From Methylorubrum extorquens (GTDB taxonomy: Bacteria > Pseudomonadota > Alphaproteobacteria > Rhizobiales > Beijerinckiaceae), in contig LT962688.1 in NCBI GenBank assembly GCA_900234795.1, positions 1,830,001 to 1,862,000 of the forward strand: a DNA stretch of 32,000 bases, in the 5' to 3' direction. Of the stretch, positions 24,421 to 32,000 are shown piece after piece. The position numbers and the translations under genes were made by a program. Under the pieces are notes generated by a model that worked only from the letters and a program-made list of their open reading frames with translations, was not told where the DNA came from and did no database searches. Positions within the stretch are counted from its first letter, which is position 1. Every line of letters starts with the position of its first letter.

Positions 24421-25534
24421 TCAGCGCTCGCCGAGCAGGCCGGCCACGGACAGCGCGATCTCGCGCTCCTCGTTCGCCTGGACGATGCGGATGGCGACCG
24501 TTGACGACGGGTCGTCGATGCACGCTTTGCCCTAGCCGGTGACGGTCGCGTCGAGGACAAAGCCGGCGAAGGCGAGCCCTCGGCAGATGCTGGCACGGAC
24601 GTTTGCGGCGTGCTCGCCGACGCCGCCGGTGAAGACGAGGGTGTCGAGGCCGCCGAGCGCCGCGATGAGCGAGCCCGCCTCCCGGACGACGCGGTAGCTG
24701 AACAGGTCCAGGGCCTCGCGTGCCTGGGGAGCCCCGGTGCCCTCCAAGTCCCGCACGTCGTCGCTGATGCCCGAGACGCCAAGCAGCCCCGAGCGCTCGT
24801 TCCGGAGTTCGGCCACCGCGTCGGGGGTGAGGCCGCGGTCTCGGATCAGGTGCAGCACCAAGCCCGGGTCTACCGCGCCGCTGCGGGTGTCCATCATCAG
24901 TCCATCGAGCGTGGTCAAACCCATCGTAGTGGCGACGCTGCGCCCGTCTCGGATCGCGCAGAGGCTGGCCCCGTGCCCAAGATGGGCCGCGAGCACCCGG
25001 CCGTGCGGGTAGGTCCGGGCGACATGAGCGTAGGACAGGCCGTGGAAGCCGAACCGCACGAGGCCCTCGTCGATGAGGGCGCGCGGCAGCGGGTAAAGCT
25101 GGGCGAGCCTGCCCTGCGTCCGATGGAAGGCCGTGTCTAAGCAGGCGACCTGTGGCAGGTGCGGCCACGTCTCCGCGACTGCGCGGATGCAGGCGAGAGC
25201 CTGCGGCTGGTACGCCGGGGCTAGCGGCACGAGTTCCTCCAGCGCCTCCATGACGTCCGCGTCTAAATGGACGGGCGCCGCGTGGCGCAAGCCGCCGTGG
25301 ACGATGCGGTGCCCGACCGCCTCCGGCGCCGAGGGCACCGGCGCGAACAACCAGCGGGCGACCGCAGCGTGGTCGCATACCGGGGAGCCCGCCATCCGAT
25401 GCGACGCCGTTGACCGTGACCCGCGGCTGCCGCCTGATGCCGGCGACGTGGGCACGCCAGACCGGCTCGCCTGCGCCCGGCGGGAACAGGCCGCAGCGCA
25501 GGCTGGAGGAGCCAGCGTTCAAGACATGGATCAT
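24421..25534 (-). pseudogene. ackA: Acetate kinase gene disrupted by one frameshift and one in-frame TAG
   Basis: ATG 25534 lies 8 nt after the xfp stop and gives MIHVLNAGSSSLRCGLF...RVTVNGVASDG in one frame. The homology then continues in another frame (…CDHAAVARWL…VGHRIVHGG…DTAFH…GFHGLSY…HLGHGASLCAI…DTRSG…TGGVGEH…), so the switch lies between ~25380 and ~25440. TAG at 24532-24534 is followed in frame by GKACIDDPSSTVAIRIVQANEEREIALSVAGLLGER*, the usual AckA C-terminus. Confidence 0.8.
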
Positions 25535-25542
25535 CGCCGGCC

Positions 25543-28089
25543 TCAGGCGTTGCACGCCCGATCGTCGGCGGTCCTGGCCGGTCGCGGCTCCTCGGCACCG
25601 GCTGTGTCGCACTGCATGATGTCGGCCTCGATGCGGCGGCGGTCCGGATGTTCGTCGCCATGCCGATCCGGCCAGGACCAGTCCTTGACCTCCGGTAGAT
25701 CATCCCCGGCCCGGCAGACGTGCACGCGGTGGGCGGCCAGCGCATCGCGGAGCGCCTCCTCGGCGTGCTCGCCCCGGGCTCCCAGCCCCGGGACGGCCCG
25801 CAGGGCGGCCTGAGCCAGGTGGTAGCGGTCGAGGCGGTTCAGCACGCACATGTCGAACGGCGTGGTCGTTGTGCCCTCCTCGATGAAGCCGTGCACGTGG
25901 AAGTTGCCGTGGTTCGTCCGCTTGTAGGTCATCCGATGGATGAGCCAGGGATAGCCGTGATAGGCGAACATCACCGGCCGGTCGCGTGTGAACAGGCTGT
26001 CGAATGTCGGGTCATCGAGCCCGTGCGGGTGCGTCTCGCGCGCCGGCAGGGTCATCAGGTCGACGACGTTGACGACCCGAACCTTGAGCTCCGGGACGTA
26101 CCGGCGCAGCCAATCCACGGCCGCGAGCGTCTCCTGGGTGGGCACGTCGCCCGCGCAGGCCATCACCACGTCCGGCTCCGCCTCGCCCTCGTTCGAGGCC
26201 CAGTCCCAGATCCCGACACCGGCCGCGCAATGCCGGGCCGCCGCGTCCATGTCGAGCCATTGCAGCGCGGGCTGCTTGCCGGCCACCACGACGTTGATGC
26301 GGTCGTAGGTGCGTAGGCAGTGATCCATGACGCAGAGCAGGCAGTTCGCGTCCGGCGGCAGGTAGATCCGCGCCGTGTCGCCGCGCTTGTTCGCCACGAA
26401 GTCGATGAAGCCCGGATCCTGGTGGCTGAAGCCGTTGTGGTCCTGGCGCCAGACATGGGACGAGAGCAGGATGTTGAGCGAGGGCACCGGCCGGCGCCAG
26501 GGCAGGTCGCGCGCGGACTTCAGCCACTTGGCGTGCTGGTTCACCATCGAGTCGATCACATGCGCAAAGGCCTCGTAGGTCGCGAACAGGCCGTGCCGTC
26601 CGGTCAGCACGTAGCCCTCCAGCCAGCCCTCGCAGAGGTGCTCGCTCAGCACCTCCATGACGCGACCGTCGCGCCCGAGATGGTCGTCCTCGGGCAGGAT
26701 CTCTTCCTGCCAGGCGCGGCTCGTCACCTCGAAGACGGCGTCGAGGCGGTTCGAGGCGGTCTCGTCGGGACCCATGATGCGGAAGTTTCGAGCCTCCGCG
26801 TTCAGGGTCAGGACGTCCCGCAGGTAGACCCCGAGCGCGCGCGTGGCCTCGGCCTTGGTACGACCGCGCTCCGGCACGGTGACGGCGAGACGCCGGAGCT
26901 CCGGGAGCCGCAAGGGTGCGCCCCTGTGCGCGTTGGCGTGCGGGTTGGCTGACAGGCGCCGCGGCCCCCGCGGCGGCAGCGCGGCGAGGTCGGGGACGAG
27001 CGAGCCGTCCGGCGTAAACAACTCCTCCGGCCGGTAGGAGCGCATCCAGCGCTCCAGGATCGCACGGTGCTCCGGGTTCTCGCGCACGGCGGCGACCGGC
27101 ACCTGGTGCGAGCGCCAGGTGCCCTCGACCGGCTTGCCATCGACGCTCCCCGGCCCAGTCCAGCCCTTCGGGCTGCGCAGCACGACCAAAGGCCAACGCG
27201 GTCGCCCAGCTTCGCCGCGTCTCGCCCGTATCCGGATCTCTGTGATGGCGTCGAAGGCTGCGTCAAGCGCCGCCGCCATGGCTTGGTGCATGATGGCCGG
27301 CTCGTCGCCTTCCACGAAGGTCGGCTCGTAGCCGTAGCCGACGAGCAGGCTGCGCAACTCCTCGCGGGGTATGCGGGCGAGGACGGTCGGGTTTGCGATC
27401 TTGTAACCGTTGAGATGCAGGATCGGCAGGACCGTCCCGTCGGACCGCGGGTCGAGGAACTTGTTTCCGTGCCAGGCGGCCGCCAGCGGGCCGGTTTCGG
27501 CCTCGCCGTCGCCGACCACGCAGGCGACCGTCAGACCGGGATTGTCGAGGGCTGCGCCGAAGGCATGCGCCAGGGAATAGCCGAGCTCTCCGCCCTCGTG
27601 GATCGAGCCGGGCAACTCGGGCGAGGCATGGCTCGGGATGCCGCCGGGGAACGAGAACTGCCGGAACAGCCGGGCCATCCCGTCGAGGTCGTGCGCCACG
27701 TCCGGGTAGGTCTCGGCGTAGGTGCCCTCCAGGTAGGCGTTGGCCACGAGCCCCGGCGCCCCGTGGCCGGGCCCCCAGACCGCGATCATGTCGAGGTCGC
27801 GCTCGCGGATGACGCGATTGAGGTGCGCGTAGATGAAGTTCAGGCCCGGTGTCGTACCCCAGTGCCCGAGCAGCCGCGGCTTCACATGCTCGGGCTTGAG
27901 CGGCTCGCGCAGGAGCGGGTTGGCCATCAAGTAGATCTGGCCGACCGACAGGTAGTTCGCGGCGCGCCAGTAGGCGTCGATCTGCCGGAGGCCGTCAGGC
28001 CCGATCGGCCCGGGTACGAACGCCAAGCCGTCGCCGTCGTCTCGACATTCGCCGTCGTGGTGCTCCCTCGAACCGTGTGTTGCGTCCAT
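25543..28089 (-). CDS. xfp: Phosphoketolase (xylulose-5-P/fructose-6-P phosphoketolase)
   Basis: 848 aa counted from ATG 28089, which has GGGAGG 6 nt upstream. The signature reads [46 protein letters not shown], with the TPP-binding block [11 protein letters not shown]. The ORF-track start at 28119 is 10 codons longer. Confidence 0.92.
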   Translation of the reverse strand: MDATHGSREHHDGECRDDGDGLAFVPGPIGPDGLRQIDAYWRAANYLSVGQIYLMANPLLREPLKPEHVKPRLLGHWGTTPGLNFIYAHLNRVIRERDLDMIAVWGPGHGAPGLVANAYLEGTYAETYPDVAHDLDGMARLFRQFSFPGGIPSHASPELPGSIHEGGELGYSLAHAFGAALDNPGLTVACVVGDGEAETGPLAAAWHGNKFLDPRSDGTVLPILHLNGYKIANPTVLARIPREELRSLLVGYGYEPTFVEGDEPAIMHQAMAAALDAAFDAITEIRIRARRGEAGRPRWPLVVLRSPKGWTGPGSVDGKPVEGTWRSHQVPVAAVRENPEHRAILERWMRSYRPEELFTPDGSLVPDLAALPPRGPRRLSANPHANAHRGAPLRLPELRRLAVTVPERGRTKAEATRALGVYLRDVLTLNAEARNFRIMGPDETASNRLDAVFEVTSRAWQEEILPEDDHLGRDGRVMEVLSEHLCEGWLEGYVLTGRHGLFATYEAFAHVIDSMVNQHAKWLKSARDLPWRRPVPSLNILLSSHVWRQDHNGFSHQDPGFIDFVANKRGDTARIYLPPDANCLLCVMDHCLRTYDRINVVVAGKQPALQWLDMDAAARHCAAGVGIWDWASNEGEAEPDVVMACAGDVPTQETLAAVDWLRRYVPELKVRVVNVVDLMTLPARETHPHGLDDPTFDSLFTRDRPVMFAYHGYPWLIHRMTYKRTNHGNFHVHGFIEEGTTTTPFDMCVLNRLDRYHLAQAALRAVPGLGARGEHAEEALRDALAAHRVHVCRAGDDLPEVKDWSWPDRHGDEHPDRRRIEADIMQCDTAGAEEPRPARTADDRACNA

Positions 28090-28145
28090 GTCGGCCTCCC
28101 GGCGGATATCCGGGATCACCGTGCCGGCGGCCGGGACCGGCGGCG

Positions 28146-28159
28146 TTGAGGTGGATCAA
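28146..28159. promoter_or_regulatory. FixK/FNR-type box I (TTGAGGTGGATCAA), shared by divergent operons
   Basis: It lies 57 nt from the xfp ATG (28089, minus strand) and 58 nt from ATG 28217 (plus strand). The 14-mer is identical to box J and to the reverse complement of box C. Confidence 0.8.
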
Positions 28160-28216
28160 GGCGCCCCCGGTGCATGCCGGCAGGATAGTCCTCGTCAGGC
28201 AAGACGGGAGCGAACG

Positions 28217-28417
28217 ATGGCCCTGGTTCTTCGATCTACCTTCGTCACCACGGTCCGCCGCGCGCGGGTGCCGATGATGCGAGCACCGTCGGACGACGCC
28301 GGTACCCGGCTCGTCATGGATGCCGCGCGTTACCGGAGCATCGGTAGCCTGCAGGCTCTGGCACTGGCCGTCGCGGCGTCGGCGGTGACGCCGGCGCTGC
28401 TCTGGCTGGCCCTCTAA
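28217..28417 (+). CDS. Possible small membrane-anchored protein (66 aa)
   Basis: An internal ATG in ORF 28088-28417 has GGGAG ~8 nt upstream. The product is MALVLRSTFVTTVRRARVPMM...SLQALALAVAASAVTPALLWLAL, with a C-terminal TM segment. It ends 29 nt before the BON gene. Confidence 0.45.
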   Translation: MALVLRSTFVTTVRRARVPMMRAPSDDAGTRLVMDAARYRSIGSLQALALAVAASAVTPALLWLAL

Positions 28418-28446
28418 GTTCCTCCAACGAACCAAGGAGACGGGCG

Positions 28447-29094
28447 ATGGACGACATCACCGTGCACCGGCACGTGCTCGACGAGCTGGACTACGCCCCG
28501 GTGATCGACGCGGCGCAGATCGGCGTCACCGTCGAGAACGGCATCGTCACCCTGACCGGCCACGTCCGGAACTACGCCGAGAAGAGTATCGCCGAGCGAG
28601 TCGCGCTTCGGGTCCGCGGGGTGCGGGGCGTGGTCGAGCGGATCGAGGTCCGGTACCCAGACAACCCAAGCGTCGGCGACGAGGCCCTGGCCGAGCGCTG
28701 CGCCCGGGTCCTCGAATGGGACGTGCGGATCCCGGAGGGCTCAGTCACGCTTAAGGTTGAGCGCGGCTGCGTCACACTCCAGGGGTGCGTGCCCTACTAC
28801 CACCAGAAGGCGGCCGTCGATAAGGCGCTGCGGCGCCTAGCCGGCGTCACCGACATCGTCAACATCATCGCCGTGAAGCCGCCCGCGCAGGCCGTTGAGG
28901 TGAAGTCCCGCATCCTCGCGGCCCTGAGGCGGAGCGCCCGGGACCCGGACACGATCCAGGTGCACGTGGACGGAGGCAAGGTCATCCTCGATGGGTGCGT
29001 CGACGTCTGGCGCGACCGTGAGCTCGCCGAGCGGGCGGCGTGGTCGGCCCCTGGCGTGCGGGCTGTCGAGGACCGCCTGACGCTCGCCAGCTGA
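28447..29094 (+). CDS. BON-domain (OsmY-like) protein (215 aa)
   Basis: AAGGAGA lies 6 nt before the ATG. It is a paralogue of 21677-22327 with the same three-repeat layout (VTVENGIVTLTGHVRNYAEKSIAERVALRVRGV...). Confidence 0.88.
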   Translation: MDDITVHRHVLDELDYAPVIDAAQIGVTVENGIVTLTGHVRNYAEKSIAERVALRVRGVRGVVERIEVRYPDNPSVGDEALAERCARVLEWDVRIPEGSVTLKVERGCVTLQGCVPYYHQKAAVDKALRRLAGVTDIVNIIAVKPPAQAVEVKSRILAALRRSARDPDTIQVHVDGGKVILDGCVDVWRDRELAERAAWSAPGVRAVEDRLTLAS

Positions 29095-29103
29095 GGTTCG
29101 CCG

Positions 29104-30087
29104 ATGCTGGCGATGGTCCTGCGCGAGGTCGGCGCTCCCCTCGTCCCGGAGGAGCGTCCGGACCCGGTTCCTGGGCCGGGCGAGGTCCGCATCCGGGTTG
29201 AGGCCTGCGCCGTCTGCCGTACCGACCTCCACCTCATAGACGGCGAGCTTCCGCAGGCGGTCTACCCCATCGTGCCGGGCCACGAAGTCGTCGGGTGCGT
29301 CGAGGCCCTCGGTTTAGGCGTGACCGAGCCTCGACCGGGTACCCGCGTGGGCGTGCCCTGGCTCGGGCATGCCTGCGGGCATTGCCGCTACTGCGGGAGC
29401 GGCCGCGAGAACCTCTGCGACGCGCCCGGCTTCACCGGCTGCACGCGCGATGGCGGCTTCGCGAGCCACCTCGTGGCCGAGGCCGCCTTCACCATCCCGC
29501 TCGACCCGGCCCTCGACGCGGTCGCGACGGCGCCGCTCCTTTGCGCTGGTCTGATCGGCTGGCGCACGTTGCGAATGGCCGGGGAGGCTGGGACCGTTGG
29601 ACTCTATGGCTTCGGGGCGGCTGCCCACATCATCGCGCAGGTCTGCCGCTGGCAGGGGCGGCGCGTGTTCGCCTTCACTCGGCCAGGCGACCGGGAGGCG
29701 CAGGCCTTCGCCCGCACGCTGGGAGCGGAGTGGGCTGGGGACTCCGACGGCCAGCCGCCCGAACCGTTGGACGCCGCGCTCATCTTCGCCCCAGACGGGA
29801 GCCTCGTGCCCGCCGCTCTTGCAGCGGTTCGCAAGGGCGGCCGCGTGGTCTGCGGCGGCATCCACATGAGCGACATCCCGGCCTTCCCCTACGACCTGCT
29901 CTGGGGCGAGCGCGCGGTGTTATCGGTGGCGAACCTGACCCGCGAGGACGCGCGGACCTTCTTCGAGATCCTGCCGCAGGCCGGCATCGTCACCCGTACA
30001 CGCGCCTTCCCCCTCACTCAGGCCAACGCGGCCATCGCAGCCCACCGCTGCGGGGCTCTTCAAGGTGCAGCCGTCCTCGTCCCCTGA
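29104..30087 (+). CDS. Zinc-dependent alcohol dehydrogenase family protein (327 aa)
   Basis: Catalytic-zinc ligand context: CAVCRTDLH and PGHEVVG. Structural-zinc Cys cluster: CGHCRYCGSGRENLC. Rossmann motif: GLYGFGAAAH. Confidence 0.88.
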   Translation: MLAMVLREVGAPLVPEERPDPVPGPGEVRIRVEACAVCRTDLHLIDGELPQAVYPIVPGHEVVGCVEALGLGVTEPRPGTRVGVPWLGHACGHCRYCGSGRENLCDAPGFTGCTRDGGFASHLVAEAAFTIPLDPALDAVATAPLLCAGLIGWRTLRMAGEAGTVGLYGFGAAAHIIAQVCRWQGRRVFAFTRPGDREAQAFARTLGAEWAGDSDGQPPEPLDAALIFAPDGSLVPAALAAVRKGGRVVCGGIHMSDIPAFPYDLLWGERAVLSVANLTREDARTFFEILPQAGIVTRTRAFPLTQANAAIAAHRCGALQGAAVLVP

Positions 30088-30127
30088 GTCGGTTCGTCCG
30101 GCGTCGGCGGACGGCGCCCCTCTACTC

Positions 30128-30141
30128 TTGAGGTGGATCAA
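30128..30141 (+). promoter_or_regulatory. FixK/FNR-type box J (TTGAGGTGGATCAA)
   Basis: It lies 68 nt upstream of ATG 30209 of the USP gene and carries the extended TGGATCAAGG. Confidence 0.78.
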
Positions 30142-30208
30142 GGTCCGAGCCGCCGACGCGCGCAGGATGCCTTCATCTGGCCGGCGAGCCCGGCGGAGGG
30201 AGGCGGGC

Positions 30209-31024
30209 ATGAGGATCTCCAACATCATGGTTTCGGTCGATCTCGGGTCCGCGGCCGCGGACCGCGTCCAGATGGCGGCGGGTCTCGCCGAGCGGTTCGA
30301 GGCCAGGCTGACCGGCGTCGCCGCGCGCCCGATCCTCGGTCCCATGCCGGTCGGCGACATGCTGGAGGTCGAGCGCGCCTGGGCCGCCGAGGAGCGCTTG
30401 GCGGACGAGCAACTGGCGGAGGCCAAGGCTCTGTTCGAGCGCGAGGCTGGGCAGGCACCCCGGACGGAGTGGCGCTCCGCCCGCGCCGATCCGCTGGCCT
30501 ATCTCGACAACCAGGCGCGCGCCGCCGACGTTGTGGTCGTCGGTCGGCAAGGCCCAGCGGACGGCGACCCGGGCCTGATGGGCGTTCCGACCGGAGCCCT
30601 GTTGATGGAGGTGGGGCGTCCCGTGCTCGTGGTTCCGCCCGGCATCGAGCGCCTCTTGGCGGGGCGCATCGTGGTGGCCTGGAAGGACACGCGCGAGGCA
30701 CGCCGGGCGGTCCATGACGCGCTGCCGTTCCTGACCCGGGCCGACGAGGTTCACGTCGCCGTCGTCGGCCCCGACGCCAACCGCGAGGGCACTGAGGACT
30801 TGGCCGCCTACCTGTCCGGGCACGGCATCAAGGCCAGCACCCACCTACTGCCGAGCCCGGCCATCGGCCCCGCCGACGAATTGCTTCGGTTCGCCCAGTG
30901 CGAGGAGGCGGACCTCGTTGTGATGGGCGCCTACGGCCATTCCCGCCTCCGCGAGTGGATGTTCGGCGGTGTCACCCGCGACGTCCTACAGACGACGCCC
31001 GTCTGCTGCCTGATGAGCCACTGA
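30209..31024 (+). CDS. Universal stress protein, tandem UspA-domain type (271 aa)
   Basis: GGAGGGAGG lies upstream of ATG 30209. It is a paralogue of 8292-9104 and shares the C-terminus ADLVVMGAYGHSRLREWMFGGVTRDVLQTTPVCCLMSH. Confidence 0.9.
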   Translation: MRISNIMVSVDLGSAAADRVQMAAGLAERFEARLTGVAARPILGPMPVGDMLEVERAWAAEERLADEQLAEAKALFEREAGQAPRTEWRSARADPLAYLDNQARAADVVVVGRQGPADGDPGLMGVPTGALLMEVGRPVLVVPPGIERLLAGRIVVAWKDTREARRAVHDALPFLTRADEVHVAVVGPDANREGTEDLAAYLSGHGIKASTHLLPSPAIGPADELLRFAQCEEADLVVMGAYGHSRLREWMFGGVTRDVLQTTPVCCLMSH

Positions 31025-31356
31025 TGCGCCCGGCAGCCATCCTCGCGACCGGCGCTCTGGCGCTGCTTCCCGGCCTCCTCTCCCTCCCGGCGAATGCCTG
31101 GGACCGGCAGGTGAAACAGGGCGAGACCCTCGCCCGGAACAACTGCGCCCGCTGCCACGCCGTCGGGCGCGCCGGGGCGAGCCCGCTGCGCGCGGCGCCA
31201 CCCTTTCGCGAACTGCACACGCGCTACCCCGTCGAGGACCTCGGCGAGGCGCTCGCCGAGGGCATCCGAACGGGCCATCCCGGCATGCCCGAGTTCCGGT
31301 TCGACCCGGACCAGGCCGAGGCCCTGATCGCCTATCTCAAGTCCCTGGAACGCTGA
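31024..31356 (+). CDS. Small periplasmic c-type cytochrome (110 aa)
   Basis: It has the same TGATG overlap with the USP stop as the 9104 copy. It has a signal peptide, CARCH, and HPGMPEF. Confidence 0.85.
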   Translation: MRPAAILATGALALLPGLLSLPANAWDRQVKQGETLARNNCARCHAVGRAGASPLRAAPPFRELHTRYPVEDLGEALAEGIRTGHPGMPEFRFDPDQAEALIAYLKSLER

Positions 31357-31371
31357 GCGAGGAGACCCCTG

Positions 31372-32000
31372 ATGTTCCTGCGCTGCCTCCTCGTTCCTAC
31401 CGCCCCTGGTGTCGATGCTACGCGCCGGCTTGATGCAGCCCTGCGCCTGGGCCGGCGTTTGCATGCCCACATCGCCGTCAGCTTTATGGCGCCCGGCCCG
31501 GAGCACGTCATGGCCAGCATGGCGAGCCTGGTTCCCCTGGACTGCGCGACCATCGACGCCATCGGAGCGGGGCGTGCGCGAGGCCGCGGCCGAGGGCAAG
31601 GCGGCCGTCCAGGCCTGGTGTCAGCGCGAGGGGGTGCCGTTCATGTCGTCCGGCGGGCGGCTCGACGCCACCTTCGCGACCTGGGCCGAACTCTCGGGCG
31701 AAATCGAGCCGCTCCTGACCCTTGCCGGCCGGATCAACGATCTCGTCATCGTCGACCGGCCGGATCCAGGCGTGCCGTTCACGGGACGCGCACTCGACAC
31801 CGCCCTGTTCTCGGTCGGACGCCCGACGCTGATGGTCGGCCATGCCGTTCCCTACGACCTGCTCGACCACGTCATGATCGCCTGGAACGGCAGCCAGGAG
31901 GCGACGCGCCTGATCGGGCAATCCATCACGCTGCTGCACGAGGCCACCCGGGTCACCGTCCTCCAGGCGCGAACGGAGCGATTCGAGGAGGCGCCAACGG
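31372..32000 (+). pseudogene. Tandem USP-type gene with an apparent +1 frameshift; 3' end lies outside the window
   Basis: GAGGAG lies 8 nt before ATG 31372. Frame 1 gives MFLRCLLVPTAPGVDATRRLDAALRLGRRLHAHIAVSFMAPGPEHVMASMASLVPLDCATIDAI. The protein-like sequence then continues only in the next frame from ~31565 (ERGVREAAAEGKAAVQAWCQREGVPF...RINDLVIVDRPDPG...VMIAWNGSQEATRLIGQSITLLHEA). This could be a sequencing error rather than true decay. Confidence 0.65.

Noticed and set aside
20736-24534. The three in-frame TAG codons could be programmed read-through or pyrrolysine-type recoding.
   Set aside because: Two of the three lie in fragments that lack most of their gene. ackA also carries a frameshift. 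No pyl-type genes or suppressor tRNA are visible, and the only tRNA here reads AUG. Decay is the simpler explanation.
22646-25612. A 988-aa ORF on the minus strand, the longest in the window.
   Set aside because: Its translation is Arg/Pro/Gly-rich and not protein-like. The same stretch holds aqpZ, the flavodoxin gene and most of ackA in other frames on the same strand. Only its ackA N-terminal segment (MIHVLNAGSSS...) is real. It is a GC-rich open-frame artefact.
1-32000. A search for CRISPR arrays, rRNA genes, IS elements or transposases, integrases, toxin-antitoxin pairs, and long tandem or inverted repeats.
   Set aside because: I saw no regularly spaced direct repeats, no transposase or recombinase motifs in any frame, and no long terminal inverted repeats. 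The only recurring short element is the FixK/FNR-type box reported above.

Overview
This is GC-rich DNA (roughly 68-70% G+C by eye) that looks alphaproteobacterial, probably Rhizobiales-like. All family calls come from motifs read by eye and from memory; no database search was run.

The left ~5.7 kb is ordinary or accessory. It holds the 3' end of an L,D-transpeptidase gene, an SRAP (YedK-like) peptidase, a membrane EEP-family protein, and several small hypothetical genes around a tRNA-Met(CAT). A ~0.45-kb GC-poor spacer without ORFs follows.

From ~6.2 kb to the window end lies a compact low-oxygen regulon island. It encodes fixL, fixJ, a single-domain receiver and a Crp/Fnr-type fixK. I found 15 FixK/FNR-type boxes (TTGNN-N4-NNCAA; 13 strong, 2 weak). 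They sit at recurring distances upstream of operons for:
- five tandem universal-stress proteins (one frameshifted)
- two c-type cytochromes
- two BON-domain proteins
- two P-type ATPases (one P1B with a TPCP motif, one P2 type)
- phosphoketolase, flavodoxin, aquaporin Z, a Zn-dependent alcohol dehydrogenase, a phasin-like protein and an F1Fo-ATPase inhibitor zeta homologue
- several small ORFs that are translationally coupled to larger genes

The island also shows decay. The ackA gene next to the intact xfp carries a frameshift and an in-frame TAG. Truncated remnants of a pta/ptb-like gene and of an S41 peptidase gene lie back to back. All three premature stops are TAG inside CTAGG.

I saw no CRISPR array, rRNA, transposase or integrase.
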